This document shows, in pieces, positions 12,672 through 26,176 of a stretch of 64,000 nucleotides of DNA; position 1 is the stretch's first letter; each line of letters opens with the position of its first letter. The notes below the pieces were generated by a model. It did no database searches. It saw nothing but the letters and a program-made list of their open reading frames with translations, and was not told the DNA's origin. Made by a program: the position numbers and the translations under genes. Origin of the DNA: Syncephalis fuscata S228 (taxonomy: Eukaryota > Fungi > Zoopagomycota); NCBI GenBank assembly GCA_025786725.1, contig JAHLTZ010000011.1, forward strand, positions 186,001-250,000, written 5' to 3'.

Positions 12672-12683
12672 CCACAATTGACA

Positions 12684-13060
12684 GTTTCAAGACATCAGCA
12701 TTGGTAGTGCAATCAAACCACTAGTCCAATACACTATAGGTATATATTCGGTGAAAATCAAGACCATTTGACAACTACGCCGTCCAGTCTATTTATATAT
12801 CAAGTTTTGGCCAATGCTCCGGTTTAGCCAGTCTTTAATCAATGGAATCATTATTTTATCAACAGGCTTGCAATTAGTTGTTTCTATTCAACTGTGCAAG
12901 CTTATAGTAATAAATTTATGGTTCCATCTTAACTATATCTATAATCATGTTCTATTTGCATCCAATAATTGCCAATATTAATCAAATAGTTAAATTAACA
13001 AACTGTGTATGATTATATCATGTAAGCTATAAGCATATATTAGTATGGATAGTAGCAAAG
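12684..13060 (+). repeat. Duplicated segment, copy A-right (paralog ~32206..32610)
   Basis: For example TTTAATCAATGGAATCATTATTTTATCAACAGG and TAGTTGTTTCTATTCAACTGTGCAA are identical in both copies. Confidence 0.9.
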
Positions 13061-14300
13061 CTATTATTATCCTATAACCAAATAATAGTATGCTGAAATT
13101 AGCATAAATATGTTTTTTAATAAAACATGGTAACAAAGTATAGGATATTATAAAACAAAATAAATAGACAAATCAAGTACGTGAATAGTGATAACAAAAC
13201 TATACTGTATGCAATTGACCAAGAGTGATGAACAAATAAATTAAAATCTACTAAAAGAATGCAGTTAGCAATAAACTTTTAGCTTTTATTAGTATAGCTT
13301 TTACAGTTTACAATATTAATTATATACACGGACATATGGTATATGTATACAGGATAGATATGTACAGTGCAATAATAATGATAAATAAATAGTTTATCAC
13401 CATTGACACTCACTACCCAATTTCATCAACAATAAAACGAATTGTTGATTTAAATGCGTAACTATTATAGTTATTTAACTGCCAAATCACATTAAACAAC
13501 CAATAATATACTTAATATTGTTGAAAAGTTATTTTTATTTAGTTAATAAAGATATCATAAGATTTAATACAAATCAAGTGGTTTAAATAATCCGCCACAG
13601 CACCCTCTTAAGCTTCTTTGCCATGTTCCACGACTTTTCTAAATTATGACACTGGAACAACTATCGTAATGTTTAGGAATGGATGCTAAAAGTAAACTGT
13701 TCTAGTTTGCCAATGATAAATGCCATGTTGACGGCATTATTTTGCATATCTTCACTCTTGCTTGATACACCAACCAATTAATTTGAGTTGATCAAAGCAA
13801 TAATACTTTTATGTAATTCGGAATTAATTAATTGCTATATCTGATAATTGAAACGCTCTAAACCAGTCTGATTTTATTTGTTAATTAAATTTAAATTTAA
13901 AAAATATTTATTAGCTAAATCATTTTTATTTTACATTACACTTTCTTCATCTTGATAGCTGTTTTAACTACTAGTTCAATACTATTAATACTAGTTTTAC
14001 ATATTATATTTTTGTATTGTATTTGTTAGTTGCATTTGCCACCAATATATTGTTGGACATATTTTGGCAAATAGAACACGATCGGCATTACTGTTAATAT
14101 TGCTACAATTAACTAAATTACGTAAATAAAGTTTAGATTAAATTTGTTGTATTATTGTGATTATTTTTTCAAAATCCCAATTCTACTTTAAGTCTCATAT
14201 TTGAGTTTTCTAAGCAAATCGGTTTCAATTGAAAACATGTTGTCATGCACAAGAAACATAGTTATAATGTTTTATTTAACTACTTTGAAATTTATGAGGC

Positions 14301-14911
14301 CAATTATTATTGTTGTTAGTCATGTGTACAAAAATTGATCGAATATTAATAAAAGTCATTGGTCATGATTCCATGTCATTCCATATTAATTGTTGTTGCA
14401 TCCATGTACAATATGGATTATTGCATTTGAATGATCTCTTTTATTTTTCGACCTTTTACTGTTGTGTTTTGAGCATATTTGCAATGTAAGATACTTATCT
14501 ATGGTGACAAGAAGGTAGAAAGACTAGCGTTTCTGATGTTCACTATTGTTTTGAGCGTTTTTGGTATCAACTTAATAGGCGCAATTACTTTGCCAACCAT
14601 TAATGAAGCAAATGACCTTCACCATATGCAATAATGATAGGTTGAGTGTCTTTACCAGGAAGATTTTGTGGCGACAGCTGTAACCAGAATATACAACATA
14701 CCGTTGAGGTTACTTGAACAGGTGTTGATGCAAAATAAGAGAATAAAGACTAGGGATTAAATAGTGTTTTTATTGCTGTTCAAATACGCATGTTATTTAT
14801 ATTGTTATATTCAGCATTATCGTATAATACAATACTGAATAGAAAAATAAAATGGCAATAGGAAAAAAACTGTGAAATGAGTAAATAAAAAATGTGAAAG
14901 CCAAAGTAAAA
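14301..14911 (+). repeat. ~610-bp direct repeat, copy 2
   Basis: Aligns to 10255..10862. Confidence 0.95.
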
Positions 14912-15453
14912 TAGCTCACTAGCATTAAATAATTTATTAGAAAACTAATGTGATTCAGTGTCAAAAGATCAAAGCTAGTATTCTTTACTTGATTAAACTA
15001 TACATTTGTTGTTCTACTAAACATGAAACTGGGTGGTGAGTTATATTAAATCACTAAATTACAATGCTTTCAATACTTTACAGCAATAATAATATGGATT
15101 AACATTTATTTAGTTATTATATTTTATTGTAAGTAGCATCAAATACTATTTATTTATTTCGATATTAAAAATAGTACTGATCAATTGACACTGATTGATT
15201 TGATCGGATTTGATATGACACTGCTTCAACAAACCCCTTCTCAGCATTAAAAACCGATCGACGGTTTATTATTCGAATTATGGATCTTTTTGTCTTCAAT
15301 TTGAAAATAAGGACTCAAAGTACAATAGCTCATTGACGATAACCCAATTTATCCATATAATGTGTATATACAAACACAATGCACACGCGCAATAACATCA
15401 TTACTCAATAAACTACGATTATAGCGAGAGGAAAGAGACAGACAGAAATGGAA

Positions 15454-15992
15454 TCAAGTTAGCAGCATTTCGTCACAGACCGAAGTGCGTACTGTTCCAC
15501 GTAGGCTACCAGAATTCATACGTGGACTGCCCGGTCCATGAGGACTTCCGCCACTAAGCGTGCCTGTGATAGAGGCCACATGAGAATTGGAGTGGGAGGT
15601 AGCCGTGGTTATAGTGTTGGGTAAAGGCATCACGGTTCCACCGTTATTGGACAGTCCATCCATCGACTTAGCCCGCAAAGACGGAGAACTAGCCGGACTT
15701 GTCGTTTCTGAGGTACTTGTTATAACAGGGGGCGGTGCCAAGAATCGAGAAAGTAAATCGAAGATCGGTTCTTTCATCGCCGACAAATGAAACTCGGCAA
15801 ATGACTAGATACGACATCAGTGTAAGTAGTTGTCGATAGACGATTAGTACGTGCATACCAGTCGATTATCGCCATCCACGTCTAAATCGGCAAATACTCT
15901 ATTGACTACTTTTTGCATCTGTAGATTTTGGTCTTCAGTACAAAATGGTGCATACTATAATTCAATGAAATAATTAGCAAAATAAAGTATTA

Positions 15993-16037
<45 letters not shown>

Positions 16038-16657
16038 TACATACCAGCTCTGTCATAACACGCGATAATTCTTCATGTGTAATAAAACCATCTCGATCCA
16101 AATCGTATAATTTAAACGACACTATACAAAGATACGTTAATAGGCTACTAATTATCCTTTTAACTATTGCTACTAACAGGCTAGCTTTTCCTCGGCCGTT
16201 CCTTTACTAAATTCACTTAGTCCATTAATATAGTCTTGGAAGTCAACTCGATCATCATGATCTTGGTCAAATGCATCAAAGAGCCGTTCTAGAAATTGGT
16301 TCGTAGCCGTAGAACATACACAAAAGTTGCCAACTACCTATAAATAATCAAACGTAAAATCCATGAGTAAATATGTAGTTTTACCATCAACATATCAATA
16401 TTCATCTTTAACAAGTTACTAGCCATCTTACGCTAGATATACAATAATTTACAATAAACACTTACTTGTTTAAACTGATCTCTAGTCATATGACCATCAC
16501 CATCACCGACACTTTCAAATTCTTCTCTTAACAAATCGATTTCTGTCTCAGTAACTTTTACACCGTTAAATAAAATACTATTCTAAATAGAGTATAGCAA
16601 CTTACAATGTGTCTTCTCAGCCAGCTCGTGCGTCTCCCGACTTACGTGGTTACCCAT
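15454..16657 (-). CDS. N-myristoylated EF-hand calcium sensor (NCS-1/calcineurin-B-like) with Ser/Pro-rich C-terminal extension; 6 exons
   Basis: MGNHVS start; THFTETEIDLLREEF; EF loops DQDHDDRVDFQD, DLDRDGFITHEE, DVDGDNRLSFAE; GT-AG introns. Confidence 0.85.
15994..16036. repeat. (TAT)n microsatellite in an intron
   Basis: Perfect trinucleotide run. Confidence 0.9.
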
Positions 16658-17210
16658 GATGAACTAGACGTTGGCTATATTTACAGTAACTATTATCACC
16701 GTTATGGCTTGTAATGGCACTAATAAATAACAGAGGGATTCTCTTGATCTTGCAGGATGGCGTAGTTGGCCAGATGTGTTTCTTAACAAGGCTAGTTACA
16801 GGTATTTGCCTATGGTTTGTAGATGTAGAGCTGAAGCTAAATAATCCGATAAATTGGATTGTTATTTGCGTATAAAGAGGAAAAGAATAGAATAAGCAAG
16901 TCACCGGTATGTGCGTGGGTGTGTGCAGAGGTCGGTGTATATCTACGTCAAAGCACATACTGTTATCAATGCGTGGGTGTGTGAGGTATGTTGATACCAA
17001 TGGCCTTTTACCAAATCAGCTGATATATAGATATTGTCATTGTTATGTTGGCTGGTTAATAAGCATATTACCATTCGCGGTAGATTTTATATTAACCACC
17101 GCAATAATAAGTCATTGACAACAGATACCAATAGGAAAAAACGTCTCTGCTACTTTTGCCATTTAATCTTTATTTCTCTACCAATACGCTATCGGCTGTA
17201 GTTTCAACTC

Positions 17211-17584
17211 ATGACGACGGCTTCACTTAACCAAGCACTTGTTGAAAAGTGCATTGAACTTACCAAATTATGCAGTGAGAATCTCCACTGGCTAAATACA
17301 TCTCTTGAAGCGTATGTGAGCTTAATTTTAAATATGCTATTGCTATAAAACTACTTTGACTAATAAATAGTAATCGACAGTGTTCTAGATCGTAATGAGC
17401 CAGGTGTAGTCGCGTTGCGCCAAGTCTTTAGTGTAAGTCATGACTGGAATGTTCACGTATACAAAGTTTTATTTACAAGGCAGTATAGCCAGCATCTATA
17501 GAGGTGACAAACCATGAGACAACTCAGCAGCCGCGACAACAGCAACAGCATCAGCCACTCAACACTGGTCACACGGCAACATAG
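17211..17584 (+). CDS. Small 3-exon protein, possible DASH complex subunit Dad1-like
   Basis: MTTASLNQALVEKCIELTKLCSENLHWLNTSLEA|VLDRNEPGVVALRQVFS|...; introns at 17312-17380 and from 17433. LNTSLEAV resembles the Dad1 LNxSLE motif. The last acceptor is ambiguous (stop at 17488 or 17584). Confidence 0.5.
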
Positions 17585-19098
17585 ACCAATACGTAGACCG
17601 CTTGAATAAGTGTATGTCATTAGCATATACTGGTTCTCCAGCGATATGCTTGCTTCATTGAACCATAGGCCGGCGTGACCTTGCATGCAGCACCCATGAT
17701 TGTGCCCGTGTTTGTGCGCGTGTATGTGTGCGTGTGTGTGTGAGTGTATACAATTTGTTTGAGCCAAATAGTTATTTCCAACCTGTTTTATGACATTCAA
17801 ACGACTATAATAATAATCATCATCTATTTTTTATTCATTTTACCCCTATGACTTTTAAGCACTTTATTACATGCTAATAATTACACTATTCTATCTAATG
17901 TGCAGTATAATTTATTATATTTTGAAATTAAATAAATATATTCTTGGTATAAAAAACTGCTTCTCTAATATGATCAAACTTGGTCTATAGATATACAGTG
18001 TCATAAATATCGGCCTCGAGTATGTTTCAAAATAACACAACGCCTTGACTGCAGTCGCAACCTGTTGTGCTGTTCATATCGACAGTGTGGTGATATACAC
18101 ACACTTTCTCATATATACACACACACACATGTCTATCTATACTGGATGTTACAACCGCCTATTGAAACCCCCGTCTATAAACTGGCTTTCATGCCTTTGC
18201 CCAGACAGCCTTTACTCCAGAACACCACTTCAAACATATACAAGTACCGCTTTATGCTCTCCACATTAGCTCCTTATCCGTTTTTCTACCCATTTTCCAT
18301 CGCGAATCTAGTACAGCGCATTCATATCTATAACCAACCATTATTCTAGCTTGTCGTTCTAAGTTTTCCCACTACATTTTATCTCTTTGATTTGCTTGAA
18401 GCAAACATCTCATCATTATCCTACACATTAGGAACCGATTGTCGCTGATTCTGGAGAATGAGCCTTTATAAACCACATTTTTGATCGCAATTCTATCGTA
18501 ATTATCCATTTATTAGTCGCATTGTAAAACAGTACAATTTCGATTCTATAGACTTATTTGTATTATTGCTTAATAACTGCAAACGCATGCTGTTTGAATT
18601 ATTTGCTTTAATTACGTCTAATCAACGCTTTAGCTCTCTTCCGTCCCAGTTAATAACGATAATTTCGTTAAGTTTACAACAACAACAGTATCTGCAATAG
18701 TAATATCATTTGCAATAACAATAGTAGCCATAGTATTAAGCACTGCTTCCAAGTCGTTGACCGTCTTAGCCTAACAAACGTACTTTTATTTGTTAGTAAT
18801 AGTGTTCTATTGCTCAGTTCTATTCTTTGACGTATTCCATTTTATCGCCTGGGTGGTTCTTTTGTTTAACCAACCAACCAACCACGATCCGTGTAACTAC
18901 TGCCTGTTGCATTAACGGTTGGCCTTTTCTTTTGCTGAATATACATACCACACTCGCCTTTCCTCCGACTGCTTCGGCCTTCGCCTTCAACTGCTGCTGC
19001 GTCTTTACGTCCCCTTTCTTCCTCAACTCCTTTGCTTCCTTATATTTATATTATAATTATTGCACAGCTGTGCCCTAGTATCCCGTTTAATTATCATC

Positions 19099-20288
19099 AT
19101 GCGTCAACAATTCCCAGAGGATTTCATCCCTCCTGTAGTTACTACAATAGTGTTGTCTATCTTTGGTGTACTATCAGGCATAAATTTGCTGGCGTTTATT
19201 TATGCCTTTTTTAATCGACGCTACCCGCCTATTAAGGCGAAGCAAATCAATCTGGTTGCCTTTTACTTTTTGGGTAAGTGGCGTCTAAATTCTGATTTAT
19301 AATGTTTGCCGATCCTACTATTTTGGGATGCTATATATATATTGTATAACACACTGACTAACCTATCGATTACTTGTTTATTCTTTTCATGTTTAGCCTC
19401 AGTTATTTGGTGTATTGGTTTATTACAAGTTTATGGCTTCTTTGGCTTTGAAGGCATATGGCAATATTGCGTACTATGGCGCATCTGGTTGAAGGATGTC
19501 TTTGGATTAGGCATGATCCTGGGCTTTATCAACTTTCGCTTCTATTCACTCTACGTAGTATTTGTATGTGGTAGATCTTTTGCCGATGCACCAAAGCTAT
19601 TACCGGCTGTTTGCTATGTAGCACCCTATCTTAGCTTGGCTATGGTTAGTATGCTAAGATCAGACAACGTAATACAAGAAAAGCCAGGGCATTTCTGTTC
19701 ATTGAAAGAATGGTACGGCATTGCTTTCATGCTTGTCGTCGGACTTAGTCTATTATTGGCCTTCTATCAATGCTATCTACTGCGTAACATTTCACGGTCA
19801 TTTAACGAATACAAGACGCAAGTTATCGGACTTAGTATGATTATTTTTACATACGCTGTAAACCTTGCCTTTATGAAACGTCCCTTGCCCTATATGTTAG
19901 AAGTAAAAGTTGGCATGTTTATAATGAACTTGTTAACGGCAACCATTTACATATGGCTAATGATTGGCAGCCCAATCATTGGCAGTCTATTCTATCGCCA
20001 ATCCTACTTGGAAAAGTTTGTTAGCAATTTGATGGCCGATAATGCTGGCGTGTTATCCGCAAAAGCCGTAATGTAGCTCAACCCGACAAAATCGAAGAAG
20101 AAGTAGGAAGCATACCAAGTGTGCCTATAAGATTTGCAGCACGCAACGCACTTACTATCCATGCCAATTTATCGCAGCAATTGCCATCGAGGAACCCACC
20201 ACCCTACGCAGCAGGAACACGTGCCAATCGATCAGAACCCGATTTCCGTAGTGATTTGGCATGTATGGGCGTTTACGCTGGTCGTTAA
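19099..20288 (+). CDS. Seven-transmembrane receptor-like protein with class C (7tm_3)-like motifs and no extracellular binding domain
   Basis: Seven hydrophobic segments; YPPIKAKQ after TM1; LRNISRSFNEYK before TM6; intron ~19274-19396. The frame stops at 20076, but a shifted frame continues to 20288 (probable indel). Confidence 0.7.
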
Positions 20289-20644
20289 CAAACCAGTGAC
20301 AGTTAAAATGTTTTCTTTGCAAGTGTATATTTAAAAGTCATTTGTACGCATCTACTCTTCTCTACTTCCCATGTGTTCAACATGAGTCATAATAGCATTG
20401 CTACTAGTGCCGCTTGTAGCCAATACTCTAATCGCTTGCCATTATCTACTCTCATCTATGATATAAATATATACATCAATGGTTTGCGCATAATCTACTG
20501 TTTTATTTGATTGTCTGCATTAATGCGCAATAATCTAAACGGTTTTTGCTATCATGTCCCTATTATTATAATATTAATTCTATTATTTACTCATAAACAT
20601 TAAAACAATTCATTTTTTGTCAGTTTAATAATATGCAATACACG

Positions 20645-20676
<32 letters not shown>

Positions 20677-20755
20677 AGTTAAATGATATCTCTTAAACTA
20701 TGTTGCATTTATATGTTCAATCAATAGTAATGCAAGTAGCAGGCCGTGATGGCAA

Positions 20756-21431
20756 TTATGACAATTTAGAACGAATTTCATCCAAAGTCGATTCGAATTC
20801 ACCATCAGTGTATTTCTGAATTGGCCATTGAATGCCTAATCCCTGCTCCGTATCAGGCTTGGGAATGATATGAAAATGAACATGCATCACTTCCTATTAA
20901 TATTCATACAATTAATAGCGTTAGATTAATATGAAAATGTGTAGTAGCAATAGAATTATTACTTGCCTGATGAGCTAGACGACCATTGTTCTAATGTATA
21001 TAGCATTAAGATAACATTTATTAATAGTCTAGCATGTGCTGTATAATATACGCTAACAAAACATACCTGAAGAACATTGTAGTTTGGCGCACCAATAGCA
21101 AGTGCAACGCGTTTGGCCACTGGCAGCAACTCACTCAAAGATTCGTCGCTTAGTTCATGAAAAAACTCGGCGTGTTCTTGATTGTATACATGTAGGTTAA
21201 AACACTATACTACAAGTACTTGAAAATCTAAATACCTTTAGGAATAACCAACTAATAGGAATCAGTCGATATTACTCTAGTAAATGGTTGCTAGCTAATA
21301 GATACAACTTACTGCATGTCCCTTGGATAGTGGGCCAATATCCAAAAAGGCTAGTGTTTTTCCGTTTCAAGGATCTTTCGAGAAGGAATGACTCCTTTGA
21401 CAATCTTGCAGAACAAACAAGTGGCAGACAT
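20756..21431 (-). CDS. HNT1: Histidine triad nucleotide-binding protein (HINT/Hnt1), 6 exons
   Basis: MSATCLFCKIVKGVIPS...AFLDIGPLSKGHA|LVIPK|EHAE...NYNVLQ|NNGRLAHQ|EVMHVHFHIIPKP. 16-nt microexon 21236-21251; GC donor at 20966; one homopolymer indel ~21358. Confidence 0.95.
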
Positions 21432-21796
21432 GGTTAGTGGTAAGAAACGTGTGGTTCGTAGAGTAAAGAGTAAAGAAACAAGCTGTGTTAATGGAGAAAA
21501 AGGAATGACGTACGCACACGACAATGGTATGCGTATTAATCGTTTTATAACTATCTTAAATATATTAATAGCTTTATAAATCCAACGGTTACTAAGATAT
21601 AACTTATTATTATGCTATTTATATTATATCGCACAGATGTATATCTATACTATTATGGATATATATATCATTAATATTATTAATACACTTTAAAAGAATA
21701 AGCTAATAATAATAAAAACAATTTGATTAACAATTTGATAAAAGTAAAAACCAATTTTTACTGAATTCATCTTTCTTAATAACTTACAGATCAGTT

Positions 21797-24639
21797 ATGG
21801 ATCCCTATCGCCCACCACCTTATGGTAAGTATTAGAGTTGTGTTGGCTATTACGATATATTCTGCTGTGCTTTTATCGCCATATACTAATGGTAATCGGT
21901 GGTATTAAATAGGTTACGCTGGTGGACCTCCTCCACCACAGCATTATGGCTTGGGATCTTATGGACGCGGTCACAGTGGTATGCCTATGGGACGCGGTAT
22001 AGGACCGCCAGGTGGTCCCGGTCCGCATGGCTATGGACCACCACCACCGCAAGGACAATTTGGCCGACCCGATGGATTCCCTGGTCGTGGTCGAGGCGGC
22101 TTTCATGGTCGCGGTCCCATGAACTGGCAAGGACCCAATATGATGGAACCACCAATGAATCCGCCGCCTGGTGTTACTTCATTGTTTGTTGGAGGTATAT
22201 CGCCGGGTATCAGTGATATATGGATGGAACAGCTATTGCGGGTAAGTTAGTAGGAATAGGCTATTCAGTATCAGTGCTATTGTAGTGTAAATATAATAAT
22301 GACACATTTCTCTATTTTATAGATCTGTGGCAATGTATTTCGATGGAAACGTGTACTTGATTCGGAGCGTAAGCCAAAATCTTTGGATTCTGTGAATATG
22401 TAACACCTATTGATGCATTACGTGCATTACGTATTCTTGGTGGAGAGAAAAGAGAGAACGGACAAGTCATTGAACTACCAATACCAAGTGCACCTAAAGA
22501 GACTAAAAAGCTAATTGTAAGTTATAGCAGGGTTAATAGCAATATTACTAATTAATATATATTGTATATTGTATATTTGTATATTTGTATATTTATATAT
22601 TTAGATTCGAGCTGATGAAAAAACACGAGCTGCACTTGATAAATATGAAGCGGAAAATCAAAAAGAAAAGGTTAGTATAAAATAAAGTTATAATATAGAA
22701 TAAATACATAATCAATTAGCTAATTACTTAATGTTTCAATTACAGAATGAAAGTGCAGATGATCAAGCAGCCATGGAAGGTATTGAGGCATTACTTAAGG
22801 ATATGTTTGATGCAGCTGCCAATAATACACTGGATGATAATGTTGAAGGGCCGGGAGCTGAAGAAGAAGAAGTAGCGCCTGATTTGGAACCAGAACAGCG
22901 AGAGATTGTATCACGCGAAATTGCACTATTTCGAGAACAAACAGCCAAACGTGACCGTGAACTAGAGGAGCGTGAACGTGAGACGCGTCGACGACAAGAG
23001 GAGAACGAAAGAGCCGCACGTGAACGATTTGAACCACGATCTATTAAACCGACAGTATTGGCAAGTCGTGAATCTCGTTCAGATAATAGCCGTAGTAGCC
23101 GTGTCTATTATGGCGTGACTTATGCCTATGGCTGGGTACTTAATAACTCGCGGTTAATTGAGGAACAAGAGATTGAAAAGCGTATTACTGAAGAAAAAGA
23201 ACGTGATTATAAAGACGTAAGTATTAGTAACATTACTAATTGAATGTTATTACTAATTACTAAAACACTTATGGGGATGATGCCCAATAGCGCTTACAGT
23301 CATTTACGATACGTGAAAATAAACGTATTGAGCATATTAATCGTGAAGAAAAGCTTGAAACTGAACGAAAAGAGCGACGTGAGCATGATCGAGTTAAAGA
23401 AGAACGTCGACTTCGTGAATGGAGCGACGATAAAGAAGAGGATGCAGCACTAGAAGAGTATTACGAAGACCGGTATGTTAAACCATTGTCTAAATTGAAT
23501 TTAATTGTTTACAAACTATAATGACACAGATCACGTTGGCGTAAACGACGACAAGAAATTCGACAACGTGAACGAGAACTAGACGAACGAGATCAACAAC
23601 GTGAAGAACGAAAGAAACGTGAAGCGGAAGAGGCGGCTGAACGAGAGAAGCAACGAGAACTAGCTGATAAGCAAAATGAATTAAAAACATCCACACGACG
23701 ACGTACACGATCTAGTATATCAACAGCAGATGCAGGCATGCATCCTGACCGTATGCGCATGTTAGGCATCGATGATACAAATAGCGACAATGTCACTGGT
23801 ACAGCCATGTCAGTTATTACTGCTACAACAGGCACTTTTGCTAATACAATGACTTTATCGCTTGATTCATCTACTATTACGACTGCTACCACTATTACGA
23901 CGACTACTACATCTTCAGTACCTATACCGACACCGCTTATTTCATCGGGTGTACCGGTTAAATTAAACCTTGCAGCAGCTACCACTACCAATAAACGAAC
24001 AATGATAGGTGGATCTGCTCTTGGTGAAGGACATGCAGGTGATGGCGATGAACACGAGACAGATGAAGTAGATGCACGAAAACGACGTCGATTAGCACCA
24101 CCACCGCCTATTCCTCCAGTTGAAGATCCCGAAGAACGAAAGCGACTAATTGAGAAGCTTATTGGCCGTATTCCTGTCGAACCAGAAGGTTTATGGCAAT
24201 GGTCTATACAATGGGACTATTTAACAGAAGTAAGTAATTAATTAATTAATTAATTAAATAGTATATTTAAATAGAATGAATCTAATAATATACTGATAAC
24301 CACATTGTTAATAATAGACGGTGTTGTATGAAAAGATTCAAGGATTTGTAGCTAAAAAGGTCGAGGAAGTATTAGGAGTACCTGAAGATGAATTAGTTTA
24401 TTTGTTATTGATCATATTCATCAACGAGGTACACCAACGGCATTAGTTGAAGAATTAGAAATGGTGAGTAAATAGTAAATATTAAGTGAATTTAAATGGC
24501 TTATTAATTAATTAATTAATTAATTAATAATACTTGTACTTATGAATAGGCATTGGATGAAGAAGCAATTCGATTAGTGGCTCGTTTATGGCGTATGTTG
24601 ATCTATGAAACAGAAGCACGTGCTCAAGGTATTGCCTAA
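21797..24639 (+). CDS. RBM25: RBM25/Snu71-like splicing factor (Pro/Gly-rich N-terminus, RRM, E/R-rich region, PWI domain)
   Basis: SLFVGGIS; CGNVFRWKRV..KPK-FGFCEY; LIGRIP...WSIQWDYL; KKVEEVLGVPEDELV; ALDEEAIRLVARLWRMLIYETEAR. About 8 introns and several indels. Confidence 0.9.
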
Positions 24640-24943
24640 ATGTTACTTGACAGTCATTACCAATGAATTTATTACTGGCTTATTTCTATCTGACGATATG
24701 ATATGATATGATGTATCTATTATATATATATATATATGTCTATTATATTAATATATTATACCATACCATATCATTGATCTTTTCGCTATCTCTATAACAC
24801 CATTAATGACTTGCCAGGTGAGCCTGAATGCAAATAAAAAAGATTATTAAATTTATTTGTAAAATTCAATTAATAAATTCATTTTATTAATGAAATGTTC
24901 ATCATGTATATTATTAATGAATAATACACTGTGTCAATTGAAT

Positions 24944-25540
24944 CTAAACCTTTTCAATAGGACGGCCTTCAATTTCCCAACCTCGCATACCGCCACGTAA
25001 ACTAATGACATGTTTATAGCCAAGTCGTTTAACTGCTTCGGCAGCAAGTATACTTCGTACACCGCCTGCACAGTAAAGTACAAGTTGTGCTTCATTATCA
25101 GTAATCGGTACAAATCGACCAATATCCCGGTCAACTACGCCGCGTGGCAAACAAAGTGCACCAGGAATAATACCATGTACTTGTTCCTCTCGTTCACGTA
25201 CATCAACAACGTGTAGATCAGGCGATTCGTCCTTTAATAGCTGTTCCAGTGTTTCTCCATCCATTTCTGCAATAGCTGCATCTCTTTTGACTTGTTCAAC
25301 TGTTTTCAACCATTGATTATGCTTTGAATGAGTCTATAAAATATATTACTATTATTATTGCTGCTATGGCTATGGCTATTAAAGTTAAAACTACTGACCA
25401 ACGATAGACTTCTAACTAGTAATGACGGTGAAGACCGAATACAATGACGGCCTAGCATTGAACGATTCAACTATAGCTACATTAGTACAAATAAATATAG
25501 CAAGATCAGCTATTAGTAGTTACCAAACCGTGAGTGACAT
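24944..25540 (-). CDS. Single-domain rhodanese/sulfurtransferase with probable mitochondrial presequence; 3 exons
   Basis: VVDVRE..E...GIIPGA and active-site loop YCAGGVRS. Upstream exons give an Arg/Ser-rich, acid-free MSLT|LNRSMLGRHCIRSSPSLLVRSLSL|THSK. Confidence 0.85.
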
Positions 25541-26176
25541 CGTGTTTCAGTGTTGTTAGTTGCAATAGAATAACTGTAGTATCGATTGTAATAACAAGTC
25601 TGAGTGATGTATTAGTAATTACTAGGATCATTATTATGATCTAATGGATCAGTGAATAAGATTTTATCTGATTTAGATTGTGCACTCAGCTCAATACTAA
25701 TTCAGTTTAGTTACTATTATGTTAAATATCTCGTGTAGTCTAATAAAGTTTGTAATACATATGGATTGTGTTATAATGACTGTTAAAACATACATAGGAT
25801 ATGATTAAATACAACTTTAACATAATCATCATCATCTATTAGTTTAACAATAAATAAATCATATATTTGTAGAATTAATATAATACTTGTATATTTTCTA
25901 GTAAATAAATATCTTATTAAACATTGTACTCAGACTGAATTTAGGAGTGAAAGTCGCAACTGTATTTATAAATATGATGATATTTATTGCAATTAAAATG
26001 ATATGCACGCTATACAAGTTTTTGAAAAAAAAAGGTTAAAAAATAAAAAAAAGACAAATTTTCTCCAACACATTGCACGTCCTTTCATCTTCCTCCCACT
26101 TTACTGTCCTTGACGTAAAGTAATTGTCCAGCGGTTCTTGCAATTACGTCTATTCATACCAAAGCTCACTATCATC

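Noticed and set aside
12441-12677. 78-aa minus-strand ORF in the track
   Set aside because: Antisense to the plus-strand peptide precursor, which has the ATG, TATA box and signal peptide.
10255-14911. Intact LTR retrotransposon
   Set aside because: No gag/pol ORF, TG..CA termini, PBS/PPT or target-site duplication visible.
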